A DNA stretch of 64,000 nucleotides from Promethearchaeota archaeon (GTDB lineage: Archaea > Asgardarchaeota > Lokiarchaeia > Sigyniarchaeales > SOKP01), in assembly GCA_016839765.1 (NCBI GenBank), contig JAEOTP010000087.1, positions 15,742-79,741 on the forward strand, in the 5' to 3' direction. The translations under genes and the position numbers were made by a program. Positions 29,491-39,953 of the stretch are shown one piece after another. Every line of letters begins with the position of its first letter. Position 1 is the first letter of the stretch. The notes beneath the pieces are model-generated. The model made no database searches and was not told the origin of the DNA. It saw only the letters and a list, made by a program, of their open reading frames with translations.

Positions 29491-30444
29491 TTAGGGTAAA
29501 GAAATTTTAAACAAATCATATAAAATTTGCTTTATATCAATATAATAGAAAGTAAAGAAGAATATCGCACCTAAAAATAATCCCGCGATAAGGATTCCCT
29601 TATCGAAAATTACTTTTTCAGTACTCCGAGCAATTTCGGGTTTCGCTGTGGTTAAATACAAATATCTCATAATAATATAAAACATAGTTGGTATAGATAA
29701 GATTATTAAGTATTGATAAAAAAATCTCAATTCCTCTTCGAATAGATAGAATTGAAACATCAAATACATAACATAAGTAATTAAGATAGTAGTAGCAGTA
29801 ATAGTATGAAATTGTTCTAATAATTTCATGTTATATTGTTCATAGATTTTTTTATGTACTTTAGCTTTTTCTTCTCCTAATAAGATTAAATCTCCTTTTC
29901 TTTTTGCAATAACCAAAAATAATGCAACTTCATATACCGCAAAAATTAGCCACGGAGATACAATAACATCTATTAAAACGCACCCTGCTAATGCACGCCA
30001 TAGGTAAATTAATGCTAAGACTAAAACATCAATAAATGCAAATTTTTTAAAGAAATAATTATAAAATTGTCCCGTTCCAAATACTAATACCAGCATGATG
30101 ATGAAATTTAAATTTGGGATTAAAAATATTAATAAAATGACTATAATTGTAGAAAGGAATGCTATTAATGCCAAGGCAAACTTTACAGAAAGTCTTCCAG
30201 AAGCTAGGGCTTTTTTTTCTAATTTTTCTGGGTGTAGCTTATCTTTTTCGATATCGATTATATCATTTATAATATAATTGATTGAAGATACGCAACATAA
30301 AATAATAAAGCCTAAAATAAGAAGTGGTAACAGTGAAATGTCCAACAATTTTCCACCAAAGAAAGAACCTACGAAAATTAATACATTTTTATAATACTGT
30401 CTTATTCGCAAAAGATTTAAGATATTTCTAATAGTGCTTTTCAT
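29491..30444 (-). CDS. UbiA-family prenyltransferase, polyprenyl-phosphate phosphoribosyltransferase-like
   Basis: R-x-RQYYKN, YIINDIIDIEKD-x-HP-K, ASG, KR-x-D; multi-TM. Confidence 0.8.
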   Translation of the reverse strand: MKSTIRNILNLLRIRQYYKNVLIFVGSFFGGKLLDISLLPLLILGFIILCCVSSINYIINDIIDIEKDKLHPEKLEKKALASGRLSVKFALALIAFLSTIIVILLIFLIPNLNFIIMLVLVFGTGQFYNYFFKKFAFIDVLVLALIYLWRALAGCVLIDVIVSPWLIFAVYEVALFLVIAKRKGDLILLGEEKAKVHKKIYEQYNMKLLEQFHTITATTILITYVMYLMFQFYLFEEELRFFYQYLIILSIPTMFYIIMRYLYLTTAKPEIARSTEKVIFDKGILIAGLFLGAIFFFTFYYIDIKQILYDLFKISLP

Positions 30445-30529
30445 ATTAATTTTTTAAAAAGGACATCTAAATTAAACTTTATTGAGGTAAAAAAGTTATT
30501 TCGATTTATGCTAAAAAAAGTTGTAATTA

Positions 30530-30602
30530 TAGCCCGGCACGGATTCGAACCGTGGTCACGGGGTTCAAGGCCCCATATGCTTGGCCGCTACACCACCGGG
30601 CT
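30530..30602 (-). tRNA. tRNA-Gln(TTG), intronless, CCA not encoded
   Basis: Reverse strand AGCCCGG TG GTGTAGCGGCCAAGCAT A TGGGG CCTTGAA CCCCG TGAC CACGG TTCGAAT CCGTG CCGGGCT A; A1-U72 pair typical of archaeal tRNA-Gln. Confidence 0.9.
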
Positions 30603-30634
30603 TTTATTTATGTAATAAATAAATTCATTAGAAT

Positions 30635-31258
30635 TTAAATATTAAATGGTTTTAAATCGTGTTTAAAAAATTTTTCTCCCAATAATTTACTATTAAGTTT
30701 TAAAAAGTCAATTTCTTCGTTTTCATTTCTGTATTCATCTGGAAGCATTTGTGGGATACTATCTCTTATGGGAAACCAGCGTTTACATTTTGGACAGAAT
30801 AATAGCCCTGATTCAATTTCAGTTTCGAGTTTAATTTTATTTACAAAAAATAATTCTGGTAATAATGTTTCAATCTTGTCAAGCTGTATATTTTTAGAAT
30901 AAGTTTTAATTTTTTTTTTAATTTCATTTTTAATTATATTGAAGCATATTTTGCTAGCTTTATTTGATGAATTATCATATATAAAATCAAATTCATTAAT
31001 ACTTGAAATTATTAACTCAAGATATTTTTGAATGGGACTTATTTCGATGATAATATTATCTTTGATAAATAAATCATCATTTTCTCGATTCATTTCAATA
31101 ATATCTTCTTTTTTAACGATTTCTATATCTCTGTTCTTATAATTATTTACAAATGATTGAAATTCATCTTCTTTTGTTCCAAATGAAAAAATATATAATT
31201 CTAAAGGGAAGTGTTTATCTATAGGGCATGCTAAAATGTCAAATAGCCATGGTTTCAT
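30635..31258 (-). CDS. trm112: Trm112 methyltransferase activator with large central insertion
   Basis: MKPWLFDILACP-x-DK-x-PL N-half and EIESGLLFCPKCKRWFPI-x3-IPQML C-half. Confidence 0.82.
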   Translation of the reverse strand: MKPWLFDILACPIDKHFPLELYIFSFGTKEDEFQSFVNNYKNRDIEIVKKEDIIEMNRENDDLFIKDNIIIEISPIQKYLELIISSINEFDFIYDNSSNKASKICFNIIKNEIKKKIKTYSKNIQLDKIETLLPELFFVNKIKLETEIESGLLFCPKCKRWFPIRDSIPQMLPDEYRNENEEIDFLKLNSKLLGEKFFKHDLKPFNI

Positions 31259-31290
31259 AAAAAAACTCCTTTTAAAAAAAATAATAATTG

Positions 31291-33165
31291 TTATAGTAAA
31301 TAGCTTCTTAACTGTTGTATATTTTTATCTATTGTTCTATCAATCCTTCTCCTCCGTTTCATGAAATCTTCAAGAAGTTTTTGATAAGCAGCTTTAGAGG
31401 GTAACTTACCTCTTTTATATCGATTATCTAATAAAGTTAGACTATCATTCACGCTTTCTCTTTCAGCATCTAAAACATCTAACTTTTTGATAATATTTTT
31501 AAAAGTTTCATTAATCTCCATTAAAACTTTTTTAAATGGAAGTAATTCTTGTTTGATTTGCTCTATTTTGGTGGTGTTTTTGCTTAAGAGATTACTGTAT
31601 ATTTTCTTAGCTATTTTTTTACGTTTAGAATCTTCTTCCGCTCTTCTAATCTCTAAAACTAACGCATTTTTTTCCTCATATAATGAACAAAATTCTCGAA
31701 GCTCATCTATTGGTATTTCAACTTTTTCAGTAACAAATTTTTCTTCTCTTTCTTTTTTGATTTTAATTAATATAACATAAATTGATGCCAAAAGTCCAAT
31801 TGTTAATGTAATTATAATTGGTCTAAGCAATAATTCAAAGAGATCAATTGAAAAAGTGAATTGAATCATTTTAGATTCAATTGATGTTACAAATTCAAAA
31901 TTATATACTAAAGTTTTTGAACCTCCAGTATCAATTATTGCATCAGGTGGAAGCGACACATATTCCAAATTATTACATCCTTGAATCACAACATTAATGG
32001 TTTGTTCCTTACCCAGACATTCAAAGGTTGTTGTAAATAAATTGATTTGGATTGATTCTTGAAACCAATTTATTGAAGTATACTCATATATGTCTAAAAC
32101 ATATTCTACAGTAAAACTAATTTTAGATAATGGTTTTAATGGGACTCTGTTTTGAGCTAAATTAATAGTAAATGATTTTTTATCTGAAAATGTCTCACTA
32201 TCATCTAAAAAAACATCTCCACCAATGTTACCAATATCATCATACACATGCACATTTATGGTGCTATATGGAACGTGTAAAGGGAAAGTACTTATATCGA
32301 TAGGTCCCAGATTTTGGAGTATATAATTTTCTTTAACTTTAATTAATCCCCATGGTGAGATATTTATTTCTCGATTGATCTTTTCGAATTCCATCTTGGA
32401 AAATCTATTGTCTTGAAAGGAAATTGAGATCTCTTGTTGGGATTTATTGAAATTTGCTAGAAATGGGTCTATACGATCAAAATAAAGACTTTGACTCAAA
32501 TCATATATTATTTGAGTTTCGATGATAGGGAACCCCATATCCTCTACTTTGTCATACCACACCGTATTTGAGGTACTAGGCATTATGAATTTTGTCTGGA
32601 TCAGCCCTCCTTCTACTTTATAAGGTAAAATTGGAAAAATAGATTCTGTGATATTGATGATTTGCTCAATTTGATATTCCTCAGTTAATTGTGTATAGTA
32701 AACTAGACTGTTTGTTTGTGAATGGTAGAAAGATATAGTTGTTTGTTGATGGGGTAATAGTGGTGAATCAAAATAGATAGCTATTAATTCATAATCGTTT
32801 AAAACAAGATGGGCTCTTTCAGTTAATAGAATATTCTTGCTCTCACCCGTTGCTTTACAAAATATTATATCATTTGATTTGTTTAAATGTATTGGAATAA
32901 ATATTGAAGTTATTGGGTTATTATTTTGATTTAAAATCGTTAATTTGTCTTTAAAATTTACTAGATCATATCCGCTAATATTTACGGTTCGTATCATATC
33001 TGTAATTAATATATTCTCTGCTCCATCTAAACTTACAGATAATTTTGGAGCTATATATTCCTCGCTATTCTCATATTTTTCAGAATTAAATTGAATATTT
33101 GATATTAAAATAATGAGAAAAATCAATCCTATAGTCAATAAACAAATTTTTTTGCTTCTAAACAT
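31291..33165 (-). CDS. Ribophorin I (OST1)-like oligosaccharyltransferase subunit
   Basis: Signal peptide, two beta-rich luminal repeats (RTVNISGY...; REINISPWGLIKVKENY-x-LQNLG), single TM after LLRP, helical cytosolic tail. Confidence 0.78.
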   Translation of the reverse strand: MFRSKKICLLTIGLIFLIILISNIQFNSEKYENSEEYIAPKLSVSLDGAENILITDMIRTVNISGYDLVNFKDKLTILNQNNNPITSIFIPIHLNKSNDIIFCKATGESKNILLTERAHLVLNDYELIAIYFDSPLLPHQQTTISFYHSQTNSLVYYTQLTEEYQIEQIINITESIFPILPYKVEGGLIQTKFIMPSTSNTVWYDKVEDMGFPIIETQIIYDLSQSLYFDRIDPFLANFNKSQQEISISFQDNRFSKMEFEKINREINISPWGLIKVKENYILQNLGPIDISTFPLHVPYSTINVHVYDDIGNIGGDVFLDDSETFSDKKSFTINLAQNRVPLKPLSKISFTVEYVLDIYEYTSINWFQESIQINLFTTTFECLGKEQTINVVIQGCNNLEYVSLPPDAIIDTGGSKTLVYNFEFVTSIESKMIQFTFSIDLFELLLRPIIITLTIGLLASIYVILIKIKKEREEKFVTEKVEIPIDELREFCSLYEEKNALVLEIRRAEEDSKRKKIAKKIYSNLLSKNTTKIEQIKQELLPFKKVLMEINETFKNIIKKLDVLDAERESVNDSLTLLDNRYKRGKLPSKAAYQKLLEDFMKRRRRIDRTIDKNIQQLRSYLL

Positions 33166-33324
33166 ATTTTTATATTTTACTCCTTAAATTAACTACAAAT
33201 AATTAAAATAAATAATAAAAATTTATTTAATTTTATTTTTATGATTCGGGATAAAACTTAATATTAATAGAATTCTATATTTAAATAATTCTTGATTAAA
33301 AACTTTTTGATAAATGAGAAAATC

Positions 33325-33534
33325 ATGTCTACTAGCAGAAGATCCCAATCAAGACGCCGAAAAAGACGAAGTGGAACTGCTCCAATGCCTATGGGAGGAG
33401 CAGGATTAATGAGATTTTTCGAGGATAGTTCTATTGGTATAAAGGTGGGACCTATTGGTACAGTTATTATGACACTCGCATTAATATTAGTTGTAATTTT
33501 TGCTCATCTTGGTATTTTTGAATGGTTTTTTTAA
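33325..33534 (+). CDS. secG: Protein translocase subunit Sec61-beta
   Basis: GAGLMRFFED...IKVGP then one TM; ATG at 33325 preferred over TTG 33292. Confidence 0.9.
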   Translation: MSTSRRSQSRRRKRRSGTAPMPMGGAGLMRFFEDSSIGIKVGPIGTVIMTLALILVVIFAHLGIFEWFF

Positions 33535-33582
33535 TCTTAAATTTAAATAACTTATTCTTATTATACTTTTCAAGATTTTATT

Positions 33583-33882
33583 ATGAAGATTTCTGAGTTT
33601 CAAGATTTGATGAAAGAGTTATATTTTAAGAAAGATTGTAAGAGAGGAGTTAAAAATACATTCATTTGGTTAGTTGAGGAAATCGGTGAATTAGCGACAC
33701 TTTTAAAAAAAGATAATATTGATACTAATAAAATTTCAGAAGAATTAGCTGATATTATTGCCTGGACAAATTCATTAGCAAATTTATTAAATATTGATTT
33801 AGAGCATGCTCTCTTTAATAAATACCCAAATCAGTGTAAGAAATGCGGTAATAAGCCCTGTAGATGTAAGAATGAGTTATAA
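33583..33882 (+). CDS. MazG-like NTP pyrophosphohydrolase
   Basis: WLVEEIGELA...EELADI; C-terminal CxxC-x3-PCxC. Confidence 0.88.
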   Translation: MKISEFQDLMKELYFKKDCKRGVKNTFIWLVEEIGELATLLKKDNIDTNKISEELADIIAWTNSLANLLNIDLEHALFNKYPNQCKKCGNKPCRCKNEL

Positions 33883-33902
33883 GAAATATTTTTGGATGTA
33901 TA

Positions 33903-34967
33903 TTAATCCTTTCCTTCAATTAAATGTTCAGAGCAATCTATATGCCTTATCCAATAGAGATCTTTTGGTAAAATATTGAATTTTTGACCTTCAGGTATCG
34001 ATTCTTTAAATGCAAGTTTTACCAAAATATAAGGCATATTTGCTAGAGGAATGTTAAATTTTTTAGCCGCGTAGGAGAAAAAATAGCTCGTTGTAAAAAA
34101 TCTACCAGCGTTAATTTCTGTAGGGCAAATTTCTCCAGATTTATCCTCTTTTAAATCAACACAAAATACCCCTGTAGCGTCTGGATCAATTGCTATTACT
34201 GTTTGGGTTGCCATTTTATTTATATTTTCATCATGTATAGTCTTAGCTACTATAGGGGTTCCTGTTACCCCTGAAGGAGCGAGATAGGGATAAATATATT
34301 CAATTCTTTCTCTAGCTTGTGAAGTAATTAATTCTCCATTTTTAAAAATACTTTGAAAAGCGATATTTCTGCCTGGTAAATATTCCTGGGTAATAAATTC
34401 CCATTTTTTCCCGCGGGAACGCCAATATTTTATCCAATTAACTCCAGTCTCTACATTTTCAACTGGAGTGCTTCCGGTGCCACCAGCACCTTTTTTGGCA
34501 CGTATCCATAACTTTTCTCCAAGCAAATTAAAAGCATTTTCCAGATCACTTTCTAAATGGGTATCTCTTATTTCAATGGCTCTAACAGAAGGAAAATTTT
34601 TTTTTCTCCAAATAGCAGCACTAGAAAATTTATCTTGACAAATTCGAATTGTATCTTTTTTTGGTAAATATGTAATTGCGTTAAGTTTTTCACGATTTTC
34701 AGAAACATTGAAGACCTCAATATCAGGTTGAGGATGGATAAAATCTATTTTATATTGATTTATTATTTCATTTAGGCTTGGTATATACTGATCCGAAACT
34801 GCCCGAGGAACTAAAAACATTTTTTCTGTCCAGGGTTTTCCAAATTCTAAATGATAAGGATTAATATCTGTACCATATAATTTGATTTTTTCTTTGACTA
34901 AGTTTAATGATTTTAGAAAGTTTACTCCTGCTGGACCTCCAGAACCAGTAACTAATATTTTTTTCAT
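33903..34967 (-). CDS. ATP-grasp ligase (CPSase-like, glycan-cluster type)
   Basis: ILVTGSGGPAG, CQDK, QEYLPG, TEINAGRF. Confidence 0.78.
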   Translation of the reverse strand: MKKILVTGSGGPAGVNFLKSLNLVKEKIKLYGTDINPYHLEFGKPWTEKMFLVPRAVSDQYIPSLNEIINQYKIDFIHPQPDIEVFNVSENREKLNAITYLPKKDTIRICQDKFSSAAIWRKKNFPSVRAIEIRDTHLESDLENAFNLLGEKLWIRAKKGAGGTGSTPVENVETGVNWIKYWRSRGKKWEFITQEYLPGRNIAFQSIFKNGELITSQARERIEYIYPYLAPSGVTGTPIVAKTIHDENINKMATQTVIAIDPDATGVFCVDLKEDKSGEICPTEINAGRFFTTSYFFSYAAKKFNIPLANMPYILVKLAFKESIPEGQKFNILPKDLYWIRHIDCSEHLIEGKD

Positions 34968-35069
34968 GATTGCCTTAAAGTAATTTAATAAAAATTATGA
35001 TTGTAAAAATTTTGTGAAAAATATTAATATTGGGTTTTAATTAAAGGGAATCATAGTATACATCAAAGT

Positions 35070-36434
35070 CTATGTTCCCAACTCTTTCATTTTGTCAATT
35101 TCTCTCCAAAAAAATTTGATTGTTAACAAATACCATAAAATCAATCCTGGAGTAACTAAAAGTATCGAAAAAAGGATATTACTGGGAATAATAATTATTC
35201 CTAAGTTAACATCCTCTTGAAAAATCGACATAATAACAGAATCGATAAAAATCAATGATATGCTAATTATACCTAAAAGAACTATCATTAGAATTACCGT
35301 TCCTCTTATTCTGGGGAAAAAGTATGAAATTAAAATTATTAAAACTAAAAAAATCATGAAAAAAAGAAGAAATGTAAGATCATCTAAATTTCCCAATGTC
35401 CACTGTATTGATATGAATGCTGTTATGGAAAAAATCCCACAAATAATTGAAATAATATAAAATTGTTTTATTAATTCTGATTCTTTTAATGGTCCTTTTG
35501 CTAAGATTAATCTAGGTAAGGTTAATGCTGCATCCTTTTGATCCGAAGCCTTTATTCTATCATCCTCTAAAAGAATTATATCGTTTTTCTGAGTTTGAAT
35601 CTCACTGCTTTCTAAAAAACCTTTTACAGAACTAATCACATAAAAACTATTAATAACTTGAATGAGAAGCGCGCAAAATACTGCAACCTCTAAAGACCCT
35701 AATAATGCAATACACGCAAAAAGAGAACCCATGCCTAAAGTACCCACATCTCCAGGAAATATTTTAGCAGGGAATTTATTATATAGGAAAAAAGGAATCA
35801 AAACACTAATTCCAGAAATAATGAATATCAAAGCTTCAGCAGAATTCCAGATTATTGCACAAATTAGAAGAAAAAATAATGCAATTAAGGATGTCCCTGA
35901 GCCTTCACCATTATATCCTTCTAGCATATTTGATGTATTCGCAAAAAAAGCTACGATTAAAGGAGCCACAAATGGATAAATTCTTGTTAGTCTTGTAAAC
36001 CCAAGGAAAGGTATTGTAGGAGAATGGATGGTTATAAAACCAAAAAAATTTGCTACAAAAATAATTACTCCTGTAAAAATTGTTAATAAAATCTTAGATA
36101 GTGATCTTAATTTTATCCGATCATCAATAAAACCAATTGCTCCGGATAATAAAATCGTTAAGAGGAAAACTAACAATTCATTACGCAAAACAGGAAAAAA
36201 AATAATAGAGAATAACGAAGTTACAGTCAATCCAAGGATAATACTTAAGCCTCCTGATTCCGGAATTTCAGGTTTTGCATTTTTGTGAATATCATATCCA
36301 AGATACCCTTTTTTCCTCATGAATTTCATGAGATAAGGTATAAATGCATAAGTTACAAGAAAGCCACTAAGAAAAATAATGATTAAATAGAATATTTCAA
36401 GTATTTCCCAGTTTAATTGTGATATTAGAATCAT
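35070..36434 (-). CDS. aglH: UDP-GlcNAc:dolichyl-phosphate GlcNAc-1-phosphotransferase (AglH/GPT, MraY superfamily)
   Basis: GYDIHK...PESGG, GFIDD, NMLEGYNG, YNKFPAKIFPGDVG, LTL. Confidence 0.82.
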   Translation of the reverse strand: MILISQLNWEILEIFYLIIIFLSGFLVTYAFIPYLMKFMRKKGYLGYDIHKNAKPEIPESGGLSIILGLTVTSLFSIIFFPVLRNELLVFLLTILLSGAIGFIDDRIKLRSLSKILLTIFTGVIIFVANFFGFITIHSPTIPFLGFTRLTRIYPFVAPLIVAFFANTSNMLEGYNGEGSGTSLIALFFLLICAIIWNSAEALIFIISGISVLIPFFLYNKFPAKIFPGDVGTLGMGSLFACIALLGSLEVAVFCALLIQVINSFYVISSVKGFLESSEIQTQKNDIILLEDDRIKASDQKDAALTLPRLILAKGPLKESELIKQFYIISIICGIFSITAFISIQWTLGNLDDLTFLLFFMIFLVLIILISYFFPRIRGTVILMIVLLGIISISLIFIDSVIMSIFQEDVNLGIIIIPSNILFSILLVTPGLILWYLLTIKFFWREIDKMKELGT

Positions 36435-36693
36435 AGAATCGATTTGTTAATTATTTTTTTTAAAATAAAATATGACTTTAAGAAATTATCCATAATTTAA
36501 ATTAATTTTTCTACAACTCTTTAGATGTGAAGTTTTGTTGAAACATATAATGAAAGATATAATAAAGGGACAGTATTTAAAAATATAATAATAATTAAAT
36601 TTTCATTTTAAACCAAGTAATAGATTAATTTAAAGGTTTCTGATAATAATTAGAGGAGTAGAATCCTATATAAATAATTAAAAAAGAATCATA

Positions 36694-37698
36694 ATGGAAA
36701 TCAAGGATAAAAATGTTTTAATAACAGGCGGAGCAGGATTTATCGGATCTCATTTAGCAGATCGTATTATAAAAGAGAAAGCGAAGAATATAATAATATA
36801 TGATAACTTTTCAACAGGAAATAAAGAGTTCATCCAAAACAAACAATTTAAGATTATTGAGGGTGATATATTAGATTTTAATAAATTAAATTCATGCATG
36901 AAAAATATAGACATTGTTTCACACCATGCTGCTGAATTAGAAGTTTTTACGGGAATAGAAAATATCTTACATGACTTAAAGACGAATATTATAGGTACTC
37001 TAAATGTTTTAAATGCTTCTTTAAAAAATAATATTAAAAAATTAGTATATGCGTCATCGGGAGGCGTTTATGGTCAAGCACAATTTATACCAGAAACAGA
37101 AAACCATCCACTTTTACCTCATTGGCCTTATGGCGTAAGTAAATTAGCGGGAGAGAAGTATTGTAGCCAGTATTTTTTATTAAATAACCTCCCAACTATC
37201 TCTCTGAGATATGGAATAGTATATGGTCCTCGAGAATGGTATGGAAGAGTATTAACAATATTTATAAAACGTCTATTAGAGGGGAAATCACCCGTTATTT
37301 TCGGTGATGGTAAACAAAGAAGGGATTTCGTATATATATCAGATGTTGTTGAAGCAAATATAATGGCAATAAAAAGTGAAAAGGCCAATGGGATGGTGTT
37401 CAATGTTGGTGGAGGAACCTCATACTCAATTATTGATTTAGCACATATTTTAATAAAACAATTTGGAAATTATATATTAAATCCAATTTTTGACAATCCT
37501 GCACCAGGTAAAGCCAGTAGCTATCAACCAGATCGAAGAAGATTGCCAGGAGAATTACAAGATTTTATACTCGATAATTCTCTAATTCATGAGACATTAG
37601 GATATCAACCAAAAACGAGTTTTGTTGAAGGGTTAAAGAAAGAAATTGAATGGATTACTAAAAACCCAGAATTTTGGAACTACAAACCACGTGTTTAA
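36694..37698 (+). CDS. NAD-dependent nucleotide-sugar epimerase/dehydratase
   Basis: GGAGFIGSH, ASS, YGVSK, RDFVY. Confidence 0.9.
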   Translation: MEIKDKNVLITGGAGFIGSHLADRIIKEKAKNIIIYDNFSTGNKEFIQNKQFKIIEGDILDFNKLNSCMKNIDIVSHHAAELEVFTGIENILHDLKTNIIGTLNVLNASLKNNIKKLVYASSGGVYGQAQFIPETENHPLLPHWPYGVSKLAGEKYCSQYFLLNNLPTISLRYGIVYGPREWYGRVLTIFIKRLLEGKSPVIFGDGKQRRDFVYISDVVEANIMAIKSEKANGMVFNVGGGTSYSIIDLAHILIKQFGNYILNPIFDNPAPGKASSYQPDRRRLPGELQDFILDNSLIHETLGYQPKTSFVEGLKKEIEWITKNPEFWNYKPRV

Positions 37699-37720
37699 AT
37701 AAATATTTAGAAGGGATTCC

Positions 37721-38791
37721 ATGAAAATATGGTTAGATTTTTGTGAACCAAAGAGTGTGACTATGTTAAGACCTCTTTATGAGAGCTTAATAGAAGATCA
37801 TAATGTTTTTATAACAGCTAGGGATTTTGATTCAACTCATTTCTTATTAGATCAATGGAATGGTGACTACATTCCTGTAGGAAGCTATGGTGGTGGAACA
37901 CTAGAAGGAAAACTATTAGCTTATTCGAACAGATTATCTAGATTAATAAAAATTATAATCAAAAGAAAACCTAATTTTTTATTTTGTATAACATCTCCAG
38001 AAGCGATGAGAATTTCGTTTGGTCTTCAAATTCCTAATATTATGTTTAATGATGAACCACGATCTTATGGTCCATGCTCCACAACTTTTCCATATGTTAA
38101 TCAAATTATAGTTCCTCAATGTATCCCTATCGAATGGTATTTAGATTATGGGTTAAAGGAGGAGAGAATAATAAGATTTAATGGGATTGATGAGGTTGGA
38201 TGGCTCTCAGATTTTAAACCAAATAGAGAAATTATTAAATCCCATGGGCTTAATCCTGAAAGCTATATTATATGTCGAACAGAACCATCAAAAGCAGGGT
38301 ATTTAACAGATAAAATGGCTCCTCATGAAACAAAATTAAGTGAAATCATACCAAAATTACTAGAAAATGAATTTGATTTTAAATTTTTAATATTGACACG
38401 GAATATTGAACAGTTTAAATATTTAAATAAATTTTTTAAGGAATATATCAAACAAAATGTAATAAGGGTTTACACTGGATTAAACAATCTAGCACATTTT
38501 ATGTTTTATGCTAAAATGGTTATAACTGGAGGAGGTACGATGGTTAGAGAATCTGCGTTATTAGGTGTTCCTTCAATAGAATTTTTTCCATTAGCTACAT
38601 ATCCTCAAGAGCAATTTCTTATAGATCATGGTTTTCCATTAAAACATGTAAAGAATGCCGATTTAATAATTAATACTGCTTTAAGATTTTTAGAAAAGAA
38701 TTATAAGATAAACACAAAGGAGAAAGTAAGACAATTAGAAAATCCAATAGACATAGCTTTAAATGAATTTAGTAAAAAAATGAAAAATTAG
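37721..38791 (+). CDS. DUF354 family GT-B fold protein
   Basis: MKIWLD, ITARD, G-x-YGG, GIDE, TGGGTMVRESALLGVP. Confidence 0.82.
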   Translation: MKIWLDFCEPKSVTMLRPLYESLIEDHNVFITARDFDSTHFLLDQWNGDYIPVGSYGGGTLEGKLLAYSNRLSRLIKIIIKRKPNFLFCITSPEAMRISFGLQIPNIMFNDEPRSYGPCSTTFPYVNQIIVPQCIPIEWYLDYGLKEERIIRFNGIDEVGWLSDFKPNREIIKSHGLNPESYIICRTEPSKAGYLTDKMAPHETKLSEIIPKLLENEFDFKFLILTRNIEQFKYLNKFFKEYIKQNVIRVYTGLNNLAHFMFYAKMVITGGGTMVRESALLGVPSIEFFPLATYPQEQFLIDHGFPLKHVKNADLIINTALRFLEKNYKINTKEKVRQLENPIDIALNEFSKKMKN

Positions 38792-38800
38792 GAGTTCATC

Positions 38801-39910
38801 TTATATTGATAAGAATTTTTCATAAACATTCTCTAATTTTTCTCCGACAGAATTCCACGAATATCTGGATATAAAGTTTTGAGCATGCTTAAGTAATTCT
38901 TTGCGCTTTTCATCATCATTAATCAAATTTATTAGTTCCCTTGCTAAAAATTTCGGATTTTTGGGTGGAACAAAAATGGCATTGTCTTGCAAAACTTCCT
39001 TATATGTTCCTATAGAAGAACAAATGGCGGGTGTTCCACACGCAATTGCTTCAATTGGAGTTAACCCAAATCCTTCTGAAGAATATGAATAAGTAATAAA
39101 AACATCACCCATACTATAATAAATCGGAAGTTCTACTTCTGGAATGAAACCAATAAAATGAACATCTTCATATTTTTGTTTCCACTTTTTATAAATTTCC
39201 TTCATATAAAAATCTGGAGTTCCACCAATTACTAATTCAAGATTAGTTATTTCTTTTTTTGCATATTTATATGCTTTAATAACATTTTCAATATCCTTAT
39301 ACAAAGCTATACGTCCAATATATAACGCTACAGGGCCGATTAACCCTAAATTTTCTTTAAGTTGCTCTGCTTTTTTAGGATAAGGTTTAAATTTGCTTTC
39401 AATAGCCGAATATAAATTATGAACTTTTTTTAGTTCAATTTTAGGGAAGAATTTTTTAATTTGCTGTTTAGTAAATTCTGAACATGTTGTTATGAGATTA
39501 GCCTTCTTAATAACCTCATTAATTAATATCTTCTCAATTGGAATGAATGAAAAACTAGATTCAATAGGTCCTAAATCATGAATAGTTGAGATGAAATTTT
39601 TTTTGTTGTATAATAGTAAGGGTAAAGTACCTTTTGGTCCATTTCCATGTATAATATCAAAATCAGTATTTCTTAGAAAATTAATGACTTTTAATACGAA
39701 TTGAGGTATCCATAAATAACTCTTTCGAATTATTTTAATTTGTGAAACATTCGGATCATCTAAATTGAGGTTCCATTTACCAGTTATAACCTTAACATCA
39801 TGACCTCTATTTTTCAGATAATTATATATACCTGAAAAAAATTTTGCACTTCCATCTTGACTATCTGGAGAAATTGTTAAAGAAACAAGAGCAATTTTCA
39901 ACTTCTTCAT
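38801..39910 (-). CDS. Glycosyltransferase family 4
   Basis: TIHDL, YIGR-x3-K, EGFGLTPIEAIACGTP, YSW. Confidence 0.9.
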   Translation of the reverse strand: MKKLKIALVSLTISPDSQDGSAKFFSGIYNYLKNRGHDVKVITGKWNLNLDDPNVSQIKIIRKSYLWIPQFVLKVINFLRNTDFDIIHGNGPKGTLPLLLYNKKNFISTIHDLGPIESSFSFIPIEKILINEVIKKANLITTCSEFTKQQIKKFFPKIELKKVHNLYSAIESKFKPYPKKAEQLKENLGLIGPVALYIGRIALYKDIENVIKAYKYAKKEITNLELVIGGTPDFYMKEIYKKWKQKYEDVHFIGFIPEVELPIYYSMGDVFITYSYSSEGFGLTPIEAIACGTPAICSSIGTYKEVLQDNAIFVPPKNPKFLARELINLINDDEKRKELLKHAQNFISRYSWNSVGEKLENVYEKFLSI

Positions 39911-39953
39911 GTACAGAATTTTTTTTCTTTTTTCAATTGATAAATAATATGAT

